A DNA stretch of 64,000 bases from Candidatus Omnitrophota bacterium (GTDB taxonomy: Bacteria; Omnitrophota; Gorgyraeia; Zapsychrales; Zapsychraceae), in the NCBI GenBank assembly GCA_029261055.1, contig JAJDCA010000014.1:207984-271983 (forward strand), given 5' to 3'. The position numbers and the translations under genes are program-made. The notes under the pieces are model-generated. The model had not been told where the DNA came from. It searched no databases and worked only from the letters and a program-made list of their open reading frames with translations. Each line of letters begins with the position of its first letter. The first letter of the stretch is position 1. Shown in pieces: positions 32,948 through 42,631 of the stretch.

Positions 32948-33577
32948 ATGGGAAAATATACTGATTCAATTTGTCGTTTATGTCGAAGAGAAGGTGAGAA
33001 ATTATTTCTGAAAGGGGCAAGATGTTCAACACATCGATGCGCTATAGATCGGAGAGCTTATGCTCCTGGGCAACATGGAAATGCGCGTAGAGTAAAGCAA
33101 TCTAATTATGGTTTGCAATTACGTGAAAAACAAAAAGTTAAAAGAATTTATGGTCTTTATGAAAAGCAATTCAGAAATTATTTCAAAAAGGCTGTACATA
33201 AAGACGGTGTAACCGGTGAAATTCTACTTCAATTTTTAGAAAGACGGTTAGATAATGTTATATATCAACTTGGTTATTGTACATCACGAAAGCAAGCTAG
33301 ACAAATTGTTAGTCATGGTTTTGTTTATGTGAATGATCAGCGTGTTGATATTTCTTCCTTCCTTGTTAAAGAAAATGATGAAATTTTGATCAAATTAAAG
33401 AAAAAAGGTGAGAAATTAATCAAGGACAATATTAAAGCATTTGAGGGTAGGACGGCACCTGAATGGTTGGAAGCCAATCATAGTCAATATAAAGGAAAAA
33501 TAAAAAAGTTGCCTATGCGGGAAGATATTGCTTTTCCTGTAAATGAACAGTTGATCGTAGAGCTTTATTCTAGATAA
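32948..33577 (+). CDS. rpsD: 30S ribosomal protein S4 (Zn type)
   Basis: CRLCRREG, LREKQK, LERRLDN; ATG 32948 follows GGGAG. Confidence 0.97.
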   Translation: MGKYTDSICRLCRREGEKLFLKGARCSTHRCAIDRRAYAPGQHGNARRVKQSNYGLQLREKQKVKRIYGLYEKQFRNYFKKAVHKDGVTGEILLQFLERRLDNVIYQLGYCTSRKQARQIVSHGFVYVNDQRVDISSFLVKENDEILIKLKKKGEKLIKDNIKAFEGRTAPEWLEANHSQYKGKIKKLPMREDIAFPVNEQLIVELYSR

Positions 33578-33641
33578 ATTTATACACACTATTTACGTTT
33601 AAATTTTTTCGTAAATTGTGCATTCATTCAAGGAGGAAAAT

Positions 33642-34628
33642 ATGGGAGTAAAATGGCGTGATTTTCAAATGCCTAAACGTCTTGATTGCGAAGAAGGACA
33701 GTATACAGAGCTTTATGGAAAATTTGTAGCTGAACCATTTGAGCGAGGTTATGGTGTAACTCTAGGGAATTCTCTTAGACGTATTTTACTCAATTCTATT
33801 GAAGGAAGTGCAGTCACAAGCATAAAAATAGATGGAGTCAGGCACGAATATTCCACTCTACCAGGGGTTATGGAGTCAGTAACAGAGATAGTTTTAAATG
33901 TTAAGAATTTAATTTTAAGATTACATTCGAAAATTCCAAAAACTATTTATATAAAAGTGGATAAAAAGGGAGAAATTAAAGCTGGGGATATTATATGTGA
34001 CGAAACAATAGAAATTTTAAACCCTGATCTTCACATCGCAACTTTATCCCGTGATACTCATTTTTCCATGGAATTAGAAGTTGCTCGAGGACGCGGCTAT
34101 GTTCCTGCAGAGTCAAATAAAAAAGAAGGTGGAGTTGATTTAATTGCTGTTGACTCTATTTTTACGCCTATTACAAAGGTTAATTTTGACGTTGAGAATA
34201 CCCGTGTCGGTCAAAGGACAGATTATGACAAATTAATTCTTGAAATTTGGACGAATGGTGGCATTAGTCCCAAAGAAGCCTTATTATATGGCGCAAATAT
34301 TTTACAAAGACATTTGGATGTTTTTGTAAGTTATGGTCGACTTCCAGAAGAAGAGGAAGAAGTTTCTGCAGAAGAAGAAGCTCTTTATGAAAAGTTACGT
34401 CTTCCAATTTCAGAATTAGAATTATCTGTGCGAAGCGCTAATTGTTTAAAGGATGCTAATATTAAAACAATTGCTGAACTTGTCAGAAAACAAGAATCTG
34501 AACTTTTGACATTTCGTAATTTTGGAAAAAAATCTTTAACTGAAATTAATGATCTTTTAAAGATTATGGGAATCAATTTAGGTATGAAAATTGATATGAA
34601 GAAGTTAAGGAAAAAGGATAAGGACTAA
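33642..34628 (+). CDS. rpoA: RNA polymerase alpha subunit
   Basis: EPFERGYGVTLGNSLRR, LELSVRSANCL; ATG follows AAGGAGG. Confidence 0.98.
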   Translation: MGVKWRDFQMPKRLDCEEGQYTELYGKFVAEPFERGYGVTLGNSLRRILLNSIEGSAVTSIKIDGVRHEYSTLPGVMESVTEIVLNVKNLILRLHSKIPKTIYIKVDKKGEIKAGDIICDETIEILNPDLHIATLSRDTHFSMELEVARGRGYVPAESNKKEGGVDLIAVDSIFTPITKVNFDVENTRVGQRTDYDKLILEIWTNGGISPKEALLYGANILQRHLDVFVSYGRLPEEEEEVSAEEEALYEKLRLPISELELSVRSANCLKDANIKTIAELVRKQESELLTFRNFGKKSLTEINDLLKIMGINLGMKIDMKKLRKKDKD

Positions 34629-34629
34629 A

Positions 34630-35232
34630 ATGCGACATGGAATTTCTGGAAATAAATTAAATAGACAAACAAGCCATCGAAAGGCTACGGTCAGAGATAT
34701 AGCTAAAGCTACTTTGCAAAAACAGCGGATATGCACGACAATAGCTAAAGCAAAAGAAGCCCGTAAGCTTGTTGATAAGCTTATTACTCTAAGTAAGGCA
34801 GGTGCATTAGCTGATAAACGACGGGCTTTTTCTATTTTATGTGATCATAAAATAGTCAGTGAATTGTTCACAGAAACAGCTCCTCGGTTTAAAAATCGTG
34901 TAGGCGGTTACACAAGAATTATTCCTCTTGGGACAAGAAGGGGTGATAATGCTCAGTTAGCTTATTTGGAATTGACAGAGAAAAAAGAAATTATCATTAG
35001 TAAAGCAAAGTCAACCGCCTCAGCTAAAATAGGAAAAATTACTCCTGTAGTACAAGAAGCTCAAGAGGAAAAATTGGGTGAAAAAACAAAATCCTCTGAT
35101 GAAAGTAAGAAAAAAGAATTCCAAAAACAACAAACGCAAAAAGCTCAAGAACCTCAAGATAAAAGTAAATCAAGCAAGAAATTCATGGGTGGTATACGTA
35201 AAATGTTTAATCGGAAACAGTCTGGGAAATAA
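34630..35232 (+). CDS. rplQ: 50S ribosomal protein L17 with ~80-aa C-terminal extension
   Basis: MRHG, GGYTRII, RRGDNA; 200 aa in total. Confidence 0.97.
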   Translation: MRHGISGNKLNRQTSHRKATVRDIAKATLQKQRICTTIAKAKEARKLVDKLITLSKAGALADKRRAFSILCDHKIVSELFTETAPRFKNRVGGYTRIIPLGTRRGDNAQLAYLELTEKKEIIISKAKSTASAKIGKITPVVQEAQEEKLGEKTKSSDESKKKEFQKQQTQKAQEPQDKSKSSKKFMGGIRKMFNRKQSGK

Positions 35233-35250
35233 GAAAACAGGGGTTAACGT

Positions 35251-36435
35251 TTGAATTTCAAAGTTAATAAGAGAATAAAACAAGTTGTAGGATCATCAAC
35301 ATTAGCAATAACCGCACGTGCAAAAGAATTAAAGGCCCAAGGTAAAGATGTAGTCAATTTTGCAGCTGGCGAGCCTGACTTTGATACCCCTGATTCTATA
35401 AAACGTGCAGCGATTGATTCTATTAACCAAGGTTTTACGAAATATACTCCCAGTACAGGAACAATTCAGTTAAAAGAAGCCATAGCGGCAAAGTTTTCTA
35501 AAGAAAACCATCTTGAGTATAAACCTTCCCAAATTGCTGTTTCATGTGGGGCCAAACACTCCATTTTTAATATAATTCAAGTTCTTGCTGATGAAGGAGA
35601 AGAAGTTTTGATTCCATCACCATATTGGGTCAGTTATCCTGAAATGGTAAAATTAGCTGGTGCAACGCCAAAAATTATTACTACCTCAGCAGAAAATAAT
35701 TTTAAAATTACTGGAGAACAACTTTCTGAAAGTATTAATAATAAAACAAAATTGTTAATCCTTAATTCCCCTTCAAATCCGACGGGAATGCTTTATACAA
35801 AAGAAGAATTAGAATCTATTGCTGATGTTTGTGTTAAAAATAAGATTTTTGTGATAAGTGATGAAATTTATGAAAAACTTATTTATGATACTTCAGAATA
35901 CACTTCTTTGGCTTCTTTGAGTAAAGATATTTATGATTTAACTATAACCGTCAATGGTGTTTCAAAAGCTTTTTCCATGACAGGTTGGCGAATAGGTTAT
36001 TGTGCAGGAAATGAAGAGGTGATAAACTTTATTAAAAAATTTCAAGATCATTCTACTTCAAATCCGACATCAATTAGTCAATCGGCTGCATTGCAGGCTT
36101 TGAAAGAGCCTAACGAAATTACATCTTCTATGCGTGATGAATTTAAAAAGCGGCGTGATTTAATGATGTCTGCTATTAGCGATATTTCAGAATTAAGTTA
36201 TTGTAAGCCAGATGGAGCTTTTTATTTATTTTGTGATTTTTCCAAGTTAGGAGAATCATTTGATATTGCAAAACGTATTTTAGATGATGTGAATGTCGCT
36301 ATGATACCTGGCGAAGGTTTTGGTGCTCCGGGATTTATGCGCTTAAGTTTTGCCACCTCATCTGAACGAATTAAGGAAGGTACAAAGCGTATTGCAAATT
36401 GGATAAGCAAAAACGCGCTTTGTGTCAATAAATAA
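35251..36435 (+). CDS. aspC: Class I/II PLP-dependent (aspartate) aminotransferase
   Basis: GEPDFDTP, NSPSNPTG, SDEIY, SKAFSMTGWRIG. Confidence 0.9.
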   Translation: MNFKVNKRIKQVVGSSTLAITARAKELKAQGKDVVNFAAGEPDFDTPDSIKRAAIDSINQGFTKYTPSTGTIQLKEAIAAKFSKENHLEYKPSQIAVSCGAKHSIFNIIQVLADEGEEVLIPSPYWVSYPEMVKLAGATPKIITTSAENNFKITGEQLSESINNKTKLLILNSPSNPTGMLYTKEELESIADVCVKNKIFVISDEIYEKLIYDTSEYTSLASLSKDIYDLTITVNGVSKAFSMTGWRIGYCAGNEEVINFIKKFQDHSTSNPTSISQSAALQALKEPNEITSSMRDEFKKRRDLMMSAISDISELSYCKPDGAFYLFCDFSKLGESFDIAKRILDDVNVAMIPGEGFGAPGFMRLSFATSSERIKEGTKRIANWISKNALCVNK

Positions 36436-36465
36436 TAATCTATTATCACTCCATCCTAGGCTAAA

Positions 36466-37530
36466 ATGGTAGATATCAAAGATTTCCTTAAGCTTTGCAT
36501 AGAAAATAAAGCTTCTGACCTTCACCTCACCGAAAATAGTCCTCCTATACTAAGAATTGATGGAAAATTAGTTTTAACTGACCGTCAAGTGCTCACTAAA
36601 GATGATCTTAAGAAGTGTATTTATGGAATCATTGACGATAGTCAAAAGGAAAAGTTTGAACGTGACCGTGAATTAGATTTTTCTGTTGCTTTTGAGGGAA
36701 TGGAACGGTTTCGTGTGAATATTCATATTCAAAAAGGATCTGTTGAAGCTGCTTTTCGGCGTATTCCATTATATATTCCTTCTGCTTCTGAGTTAAGTTT
36801 ACCTAAGGCTATTTTTGATTTTGCGCGTAAACCAAGTGGCTTGGTTTTGATTACAGGTCCAACGGGTGTTGGAAAGACAACAACTTTAGCCTCGATGATT
36901 GATCTTATTAATGAAGAGCGATCTTGTTTAATTATGTGTATTGAGGATCCTATTGAATATATCCATCAAAACAAAAAGTCAGTTATCAAACAACGTGAAG
37001 TTTTTAGTGATACGCATTCTTTTTCTGAAGCACTTAAACGGTGTTTAAGACAGGACCCTGATGTTATTGTCGTCGGGGAAATGAGAGACTTAGAAACGAT
37101 TTCGACAGCATTAACGGCTGCCGAAACAGGCCATTTAGTATTAGCAACGGTGCATACACCAGATGCCCCACAAACTATTGAGAGAATTATTGATGTCTTT
37201 CCGCCCCATCAACAGCAACAGGTTCGTTTGCAGTTATCAACGGCCCTTCAAGGAATTGTTTCACAGACGCTTCTTCCACGTGCCGAAGGAGAGGGAAGAG
37301 TTATGGGGTCAGAAGTGCTGGTTGCCACACCAGCTATTCGAAATTTAATACGAGAAAAATCTATTGAACAAATTCCAACAGCTATTCAGACGGGACTGCA
37401 ATATGGTATGCACACAATGGATATGTCTTTAAAAATATTGTATGAGGAAGGAATTATTACATTAGAAGATGCTTTAATGAAGGTGAAAAATGTTGAAGAA
37501 TTTCAACAAATGCTCAGTAATTCTAAATAG
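36466..37530 (+). CDS. pilT: Type IV pilus retraction ATPase PilT
   Basis: ASDLHL, GPTGVGKTT, EDPIE, LRQDPDVIVVGEMRD, AETGH, AIRNLIRE. Confidence 0.93.
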   Translation: MVDIKDFLKLCIENKASDLHLTENSPPILRIDGKLVLTDRQVLTKDDLKKCIYGIIDDSQKEKFERDRELDFSVAFEGMERFRVNIHIQKGSVEAAFRRIPLYIPSASELSLPKAIFDFARKPSGLVLITGPTGVGKTTTLASMIDLINEERSCLIMCIEDPIEYIHQNKKSVIKQREVFSDTHSFSEALKRCLRQDPDVIVVGEMRDLETISTALTAAETGHLVLATVHTPDAPQTIERIIDVFPPHQQQQVRLQLSTALQGIVSQTLLPRAEGEGRVMGSEVLVATPAIRNLIREKSIEQIPTAIQTGLQYGMHTMDMSLKILYEEGIITLEDALMKVKNVEEFQQMLSNSK

Positions 37531-37553
37531 AACCTACTAAAAGGTTCTATTTT
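37525..37553 (+). terminator. Hairpin terminator after pilT
   Basis: aaatagaacct-actaaa-aggttctattt 11-bp stem. Confidence 0.6.
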
Positions 37554-37646
37554 ATTCATAATATTTGCCCCGGCCCAATATGATTTATTGGTAACATTAC
37601 AGTCATGGTTCGGGGTTTCATTTTTTGATAAGAAAATAATAAAGAA

Positions 37647-38342
37647 ATGACATCAACAGTACAATTCGATAAACTATGTCACGTTATTGATTTAGGGTGT
37701 ATAGAATATTCGAAAGCCTTAAAGATTCAAGAAAATTACGTTGAACAATGTCTACAAAATGAAGAAAATATTTTATTGTTATGTGAACATCCTCCCGTTT
37801 TAACGAGGGGAAGATTAACCGATGGACGTAATTTATTGCTTTCCCAAAAGAAGCTCCAGGATAAAGGCATTGCTATGCATGATATCAGCCGAGGAGGTGA
37901 TATTACTTTGCATGCACCTGGTCAACTTATTATTTATCCTATTTTTCATTTAGGCCAGTTTGGCAAGGACTTAAAGCGGTATTTGTATAATTTAGAACAA
38001 GTTACTATTGAGGTATTAAAGGATTTTGGTATAGTAGCAACTCGAATTTCAAAGCATCGAGGAGTTTGGGTCAAAAGCAAGAAAATTGCTTCCGTTGGTA
38101 TTGGTGTACGTAAATGGATTTCGTTTCATGGGTTAGCAATTAATGTTAATACAGACTTAAATCTTTTTTCAATGATTAAGCCCTGCGGATTGAATGTTGA
38201 TATGACCTCTGTTAAAGAAGTGTTAGAAAAAGAAATTGATATGCAGTTAGTAAAAGAAAAGATTATAAATAAGTTTTGTCATGTTTTTGGTTTAGATATT
38301 AAAATCTTTTTATCTGAAGCGAAAGGAGTTGGATGTGACTGA
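37647..38342 (+). CDS. lipB: Octanoyltransferase LipB
   Basis: EHPPVLT.G, RGGDITLHAPGQ, KIASVG, HGLAIN, PCG. Confidence 0.93.
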   Translation: MTSTVQFDKLCHVIDLGCIEYSKALKIQENYVEQCLQNEENILLLCEHPPVLTRGRLTDGRNLLLSQKKLQDKGIAMHDISRGGDITLHAPGQLIIYPIFHLGQFGKDLKRYLYNLEQVTIEVLKDFGIVATRISKHRGVWVKSKKIASVGIGVRKWISFHGLAINVNTDLNLFSMIKPCGLNVDMTSVKEVLEKEIDMQLVKEKIINKFCHVFGLDIKIFLSEAKGVGCD

Positions 38343-38574
38343 AATTTGTCTTCCAGAATTGGGCGAAGGAATTGAAAGCGCGACTATTGCATTTTTACAT
38401 CATCAAAGAGGAGATTTAGTAAAAAAAGATGAAGATATTGTTGAAGTAGTCACTGACAAAGCCGCTTTTAATATACCAACGGATGCTGCAGGTACTATTC
38501 AAGAAATTTTTGTTAAAGAAGGTCAGGAAATCAAAATAGGTGATGTTCTTGCCACAATTCATAATTCAGATTAA
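38335..38574 (+). CDS. Stand-alone lipoyl (E2-type) domain protein
   Basis: MTEICLPELGEG...EVVTDKA lipoyl-Lys motif; GTG start 6 nt after AGGAG. Confidence 0.85.
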   Translation: MTEICLPELGEGIESATIAFLHHQRGDLVKKDEDIVEVVTDKAAFNIPTDAAGTIQEIFVKEGQEIKIGDVLATIHNSD

Positions 38575-38576
38575 TC

Positions 38577-39728
38577 ATGAATCCTGTAATTAAAATTAAA
38601 TCTAAAAATAAGCGTATTCTTTTAATGTATATCACAAAGGTATCTGGTCATAGACAAGCTACCGTTGCTGTACAGCAAGCCTTGCGCCACTTAGATCCAC
38701 AAGTTGAAGCTCCGGCTGTTAATGGTTTTGGTTATACTTATCCGGTGTTAGAAAAGCTTGTGCATCAAACATATATGGGGGTTATTAAAAGCACTCCTAA
38801 AGTCTGGGATTATCTTTACGATAACCCAAAAGTTGTTAAAAAATCTCAATCTATCAAGAATTTTCTTCATAAAACAAGTCATAAAAAATTAGATATGCTT
38901 TTTAAGCGTCATTGTCCGGATACGGTTGTGTGTACTCAGGCTTTTCCTTGTGGTATGGTCGCAGACTATAAAATGACACATAAATTAGATATAACTCTTG
39001 TTGGTGTGTTAACAGACTTTTCACCACATTCTTTTTGGGTTAATGAGGGGATTGATTATTACATTGTTCCAGCTGCCGAAGTAAAAGATCGCTTTGTTCA
39101 AAAAGGAGTTCATCCGGATAAAATTAAAGTGTATGGTATCCCATTACGATCAAAGTTTGCTGTACAATTAGATAAAAAACCAATTGCCAAAAGTCTTAAT
39201 CTTAACCCAGATATTCCGACTATTCTTATTATGGGGGGTGGGCAAGGGATTGGGCCGATTAAATCCATTGTTAAATCTCTCATGAAAGTAGATATGGAAT
39301 TTCAATTGATTGTTTTGACAGGACGAAATAAAAAAATTATTAATAGTTTGAATAAATATGCTAAGAAAACACATAAGAAAATTTTAATTTTAGGATATAC
39401 TAACAACGTCGATGAAATTATGGAGTTAGCTACAATCATTATTACCAAACCGGGAGGGATGACAACATCGGAATGTTTGGCCAAAGGACTACCTATGGTT
39501 CTTGTGGATCCCATCCCTGGTCAAGAAATGCGCAATACAGATTTTCTCATTAAAAAGGGAATAGGCATTCGTATCGATGATACGAATGATATAGGAGAAG
39601 AGGTAGAATTTCTTTTAAAATCTCCAAATCGTCTGGCATCCATGAGTCAAGCAGCTTATGCTAATGCAAAACCCCATGCAGCCATGGATGTTTCAAAATT
39701 AATCCTTGAGCATACGAACACCGCATAA
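38577..39728 (+). CDS. MGDG synthase/UgtP-like GT28 diacylglycerol glycosyltransferase
   Basis: SGHRQA, VLTDF..H..W, MGGGQG, TKPGGMT.SE, IPGQE.RN. Confidence 0.85.
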   Translation: MNPVIKIKSKNKRILLMYITKVSGHRQATVAVQQALRHLDPQVEAPAVNGFGYTYPVLEKLVHQTYMGVIKSTPKVWDYLYDNPKVVKKSQSIKNFLHKTSHKKLDMLFKRHCPDTVVCTQAFPCGMVADYKMTHKLDITLVGVLTDFSPHSFWVNEGIDYYIVPAAEVKDRFVQKGVHPDKIKVYGIPLRSKFAVQLDKKPIAKSLNLNPDIPTILIMGGGQGIGPIKSIVKSLMKVDMEFQLIVLTGRNKKIINSLNKYAKKTHKKILILGYTNNVDEIMELATIIITKPGGMTTSECLAKGLPMVLVDPIPGQEMRNTDFLIKKGIGIRIDDTNDIGEEVEFLLKSPNRLASMSQAAYANAKPHAAMDVSKLILEHTNTA

Positions 39729-39752
39729 TTTCTTCAGTTCACTTTGTCAATA

Positions 39753-40622
39753 ATGTTTAGATATAGCATATTTAAATTCGGGCAATTTCTTATTGATCAT
39801 TTGTCAGAATCAACAGCATATAAATTTGCCAATGTATTATCTAATTTACATTATATTTTTTCAAAAACAGATCGAAGGGCTGTACGGAATAATCTAAAAA
39901 AGATTATTGCACAGGAAAAGAATCTTTCTTTTTTGACAAAAGAAGTGTTTATAAATTTTGGGCGTTATATTGTAGAATTTTTTCAAATCAGAAAAAATAT
40001 TACCCAGAATTTTCTTAAAACAAAAGTTCAATTATATGGTGTTGAGCACATTGACCATGTTTTAAAGAAAGGTAATGGTGGAATTGTTATTACCGCACAC
40101 ATAGGTAACTGGGAATTAGGGGCGATCTTTCTCAGTATGTTGGGTTATCCTGTTACAGCTGTTGCCTTGCCGCATAGAGAACAAAAAGTGAATGATTTTT
40201 TTAATGATCAAAGAAAAATTAAAGGGGTAGAAGTTATACAATCTAATGAAGCTGTACAAGAATGTGTGGATGCTTTAAAAAATAATAAACTCATTGCCCT
40301 TGTCGCTGATCGTGATTTTAGTTTAAAAGGAGAGGTTGTTGATTTCTTAGGTGAAAAAACATTGATTCCTAAAGGTCCGGCTATTTTTTCACAAAAAACA
40401 GGCGCCCCGATCATCCCTGTATTCTTGATTCGTCAAAAAGATAATACATTTTGTCTGACTGTTTGTGCTCCCATTTATTCTGAAGGTTTCTATGAAAAAA
40501 AATTAGGACAAAAAGATATTGTGAAATGTATTATGAGGCAGTATATAACTATTATTGAAAATAAAATTCGCCAGTATCCGGCTCAATGGTTAATGTTTCG
40601 AGAGTTTTGGAAAAAGGATTAA
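39753..40622 (+). CDS. LpxL/PatA-family (lysophospholipid) acyltransferase
   Basis: TAHIGNWE, VADRD, PKGPA, YPAQWLMF. Confidence 0.85.
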   Translation: MFRYSIFKFGQFLIDHLSESTAYKFANVLSNLHYIFSKTDRRAVRNNLKKIIAQEKNLSFLTKEVFINFGRYIVEFFQIRKNITQNFLKTKVQLYGVEHIDHVLKKGNGGIVITAHIGNWELGAIFLSMLGYPVTAVALPHREQKVNDFFNDQRKIKGVEVIQSNEAVQECVDALKNNKLIALVADRDFSLKGEVVDFLGEKTLIPKGPAIFSQKTGAPIIPVFLIRQKDNTFCLTVCAPIYSEGFYEKKLGQKDIVKCIMRQYITIIENKIRQYPAQWLMFREFWKKD

Positions 40623-40627
40623 CGCAT

Positions 40628-41302
40628 ATGAAAATTTGTATTATTATTCCCGCCTATAATGAAGAGAAAACAATTGGATTACTTGTCCAGTCAATTCATA
40701 AAAAAGGATTTGATTGTTACGTAGTAGATGATTGCTCAGATGATAGTACCGGACAAATAGCTAAAAGTAATGGGGCAAATGTTCTTCAGCATAATCAACG
40801 ACAAGGAAAGGGGGCCTCTCTTCGGACAGGATTTCAGCATGCTGTAAAACTTAATTATGATGGGGTTATTATTATGGATGCTGATGGTCAGCATGATACA
40901 GGTGATATTGATCAGTTTATTCAATGTGCGGCACGAAATAATGTGGGAATTATTACAGGAAATCGTATGGGCAATTCTAAAGGGATGCCCTTGTTGAGAT
41001 ATATGGTAAATCATTTTATGTCTTTTCTTATTTCGATGGCTTGTCGACAAAAAATTCCAGATACTCAGTGTGGCTTTCGTTTTATACGTTGTGATGCTTT
41101 AAAAGAATTAAGTTTAGTATGTAATAATTTTGAAATTGAAACAGAAATATTAATGAAAGCCCGAAAAAAAAATATTAAAATAACTTCAGTACCAGTTAGG
41201 ACGATTTATAACAATGAAAAAAGCAAAATAAAGCCTTTAAGAGATACTATGCGTTTTTTTGCGTATTTTTTAAAGGAAATCTGGAGTATTCGTGGGAAAT
41301 AA
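40628..41302 (+). CDS. GT2 (polyprenol-phosphate glycosyltransferase-like) glycosyltransferase
   Basis: IIPAYNEE, VDDCSDD, MDADGQH, DTQCGFR. Confidence 0.9.
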   Translation: MKICIIIPAYNEEKTIGLLVQSIHKKGFDCYVVDDCSDDSTGQIAKSNGANVLQHNQRQGKGASLRTGFQHAVKLNYDGVIIMDADGQHDTGDIDQFIQCAARNNVGIITGNRMGNSKGMPLLRYMVNHFMSFLISMACRQKIPDTQCGFRFIRCDALKELSLVCNNFEIETEILMKARKKNIKITSVPVRTIYNNEKSKIKPLRDTMRFFAYFLKEIWSIRGK

Positions 41303-41984
41303 ATTGTTGTATGGATCGTTGTGCTTTTCCTGTATTATTCATTTTGCTCTATTCGCTTATTTATCAATTTCAAGGCAAAAAGTAATACATAATAAGCCCC
41401 TTAAGCAAATTGAAGTAACCTATCAAACTATCAAATCAAAGAAAAATTCTTCACCAAAACAGTTTCGTCAGAAATTAAAAATTTTTAAGAAAAAAGAGAC
41501 TCTAGATAATTCACCACGTATTACAAAAAAACATAGCCATTTTCCCTTTAGAGGCAAGGATGTAAAAGATATAACAAAGCTTTCCAATCAGCTATCTTCT
41601 AAAGAAAAATTGACATCAAGAATTCAGAAATTAGATCGTGGACAAAAAATCACGGTGCCCCTTTTAAAAGCCGAGAAGATCAGTAATCCAAAATATTTAA
41701 GCTATAATCAAACGATTAGATATAAGATAAAACAACGAGCCTATTTATACATTGATCACCCTGATTTTAAAGCAGGGGAGGTTTATTTAACCTTTATATT
41801 AACCTCTGATGGTGATTTAAAGCGGATCAAAATTATTGAAGAAAAAACGACAGCGAATAGTTATTTGCGTAGTGTAGGGTTAAGGAGTATTCAGGAGTCT
41901 AGTCCATTTGCATCATTCCCAAAAGATTTGAATTATCCTGAATTAACGTTCAATGTTGTCATATCGTTTGAGGTAAATGATTGA
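41292..41984 (+). CDS. TonB/TolA-like energy transducer
   Basis: N-terminal TM with S-x3-H-x6-L motif, Lys-rich linker, C-terminal ...SSPFASFP... domain. Confidence 0.6.
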   Translation: MGNKLLYGSLCFSCIIHFALFAYLSISRQKVIHNKPLKQIEVTYQTIKSKKNSSPKQFRQKLKIFKKKETLDNSPRITKKHSHFPFRGKDVKDITKLSNQLSSKEKLTSRIQKLDRGQKITVPLLKAEKISNPKYLSYNQTIRYKIKQRAYLYIDHPDFKAGEVYLTFILTSDGDLKRIKIIEEKTTANSYLRSVGLRSIQESSPFASFPKDLNYPELTFNVVISFEVND

Positions 41985-42016
41985 CAAGAATTAGGGGGAA
42001 TGATAAGGTACCAGCC

Positions 42017-42190
42017 ATGATTGATCAGAAATTATTAGAAATTCTTTCTTGTCCTTCCTGTAACGGAGATGTGGAACATAAAGAGGACAAAATTATTTGC
42101 CTTCAATGCGGACGAAAATATCCTGTAAAAGGTGGTATTCCCGGTATGCTTATTGATGAATCCGAGGAGGGGAGTGCTTATCATGGATAA
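42017..42190 (+). CDS. Trm112 family small Zn-finger protein
   Basis: [10 protein letters not shown]...[17 protein letters not shown]. Confidence 0.85.
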   Translation: MIDQKLLEILSCPSCNGDVEHKEDKIICLQCGRKYPVKGGIPGMLIDESEEGSAYHG

Positions 42191-42626
42191 AATTCTAGTT
42201 ATTCACGGTCCAAACCTCAATCTTTTAGGGCAGCGTGAGGAAGATATTTACGGGAAGATGACTCTTGGTGAAATTAATGCACAGCTCGAAGCCTTGGCCC
42301 AAAAAAATAATATGGCACTGCATATTGTTCAATCAAACCATGAAGGTGAAATTGTTGACGTCATTGGACAATCTTCAAAGGATGATTTTAAAGCGATTCT
42401 CATTAATCCTGCCGCGTTCACACACACCAGTGTCGCCGTAAGGGATGCTATTGCTGCTGTTCCTATTCCTGCTGTTGAAGTCCATCTATCAAATATTTAT
42501 GCCCGTGAAGATTTTCGGCATACATCCCACATTGCCCCAGTTTGCCACGGCCAAATTTCCGGATTCGGCCCACAAAGCTACATCTTAGGCCTGCAGGCCC
42601 TAGGCAATTTAATTAAAAATTCTTAG
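42183..42626 (+). CDS. aroQ: Type II 3-dehydroquinate dehydratase
   Basis: [26 protein letters not shown]. Confidence 0.96.
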   Translation: MDKILVIHGPNLNLLGQREEDIYGKMTLGEINAQLEALAQKNNMALHIVQSNHEGEIVDVIGQSSKDDFKAILINPAAFTHTSVAVRDAIAAVPIPAVEVHLSNIYAREDFRHTSHIAPVCHGQISGFGPQSYILGLQALGNLIKNS

Positions 42627-42631
42627 TGTTC

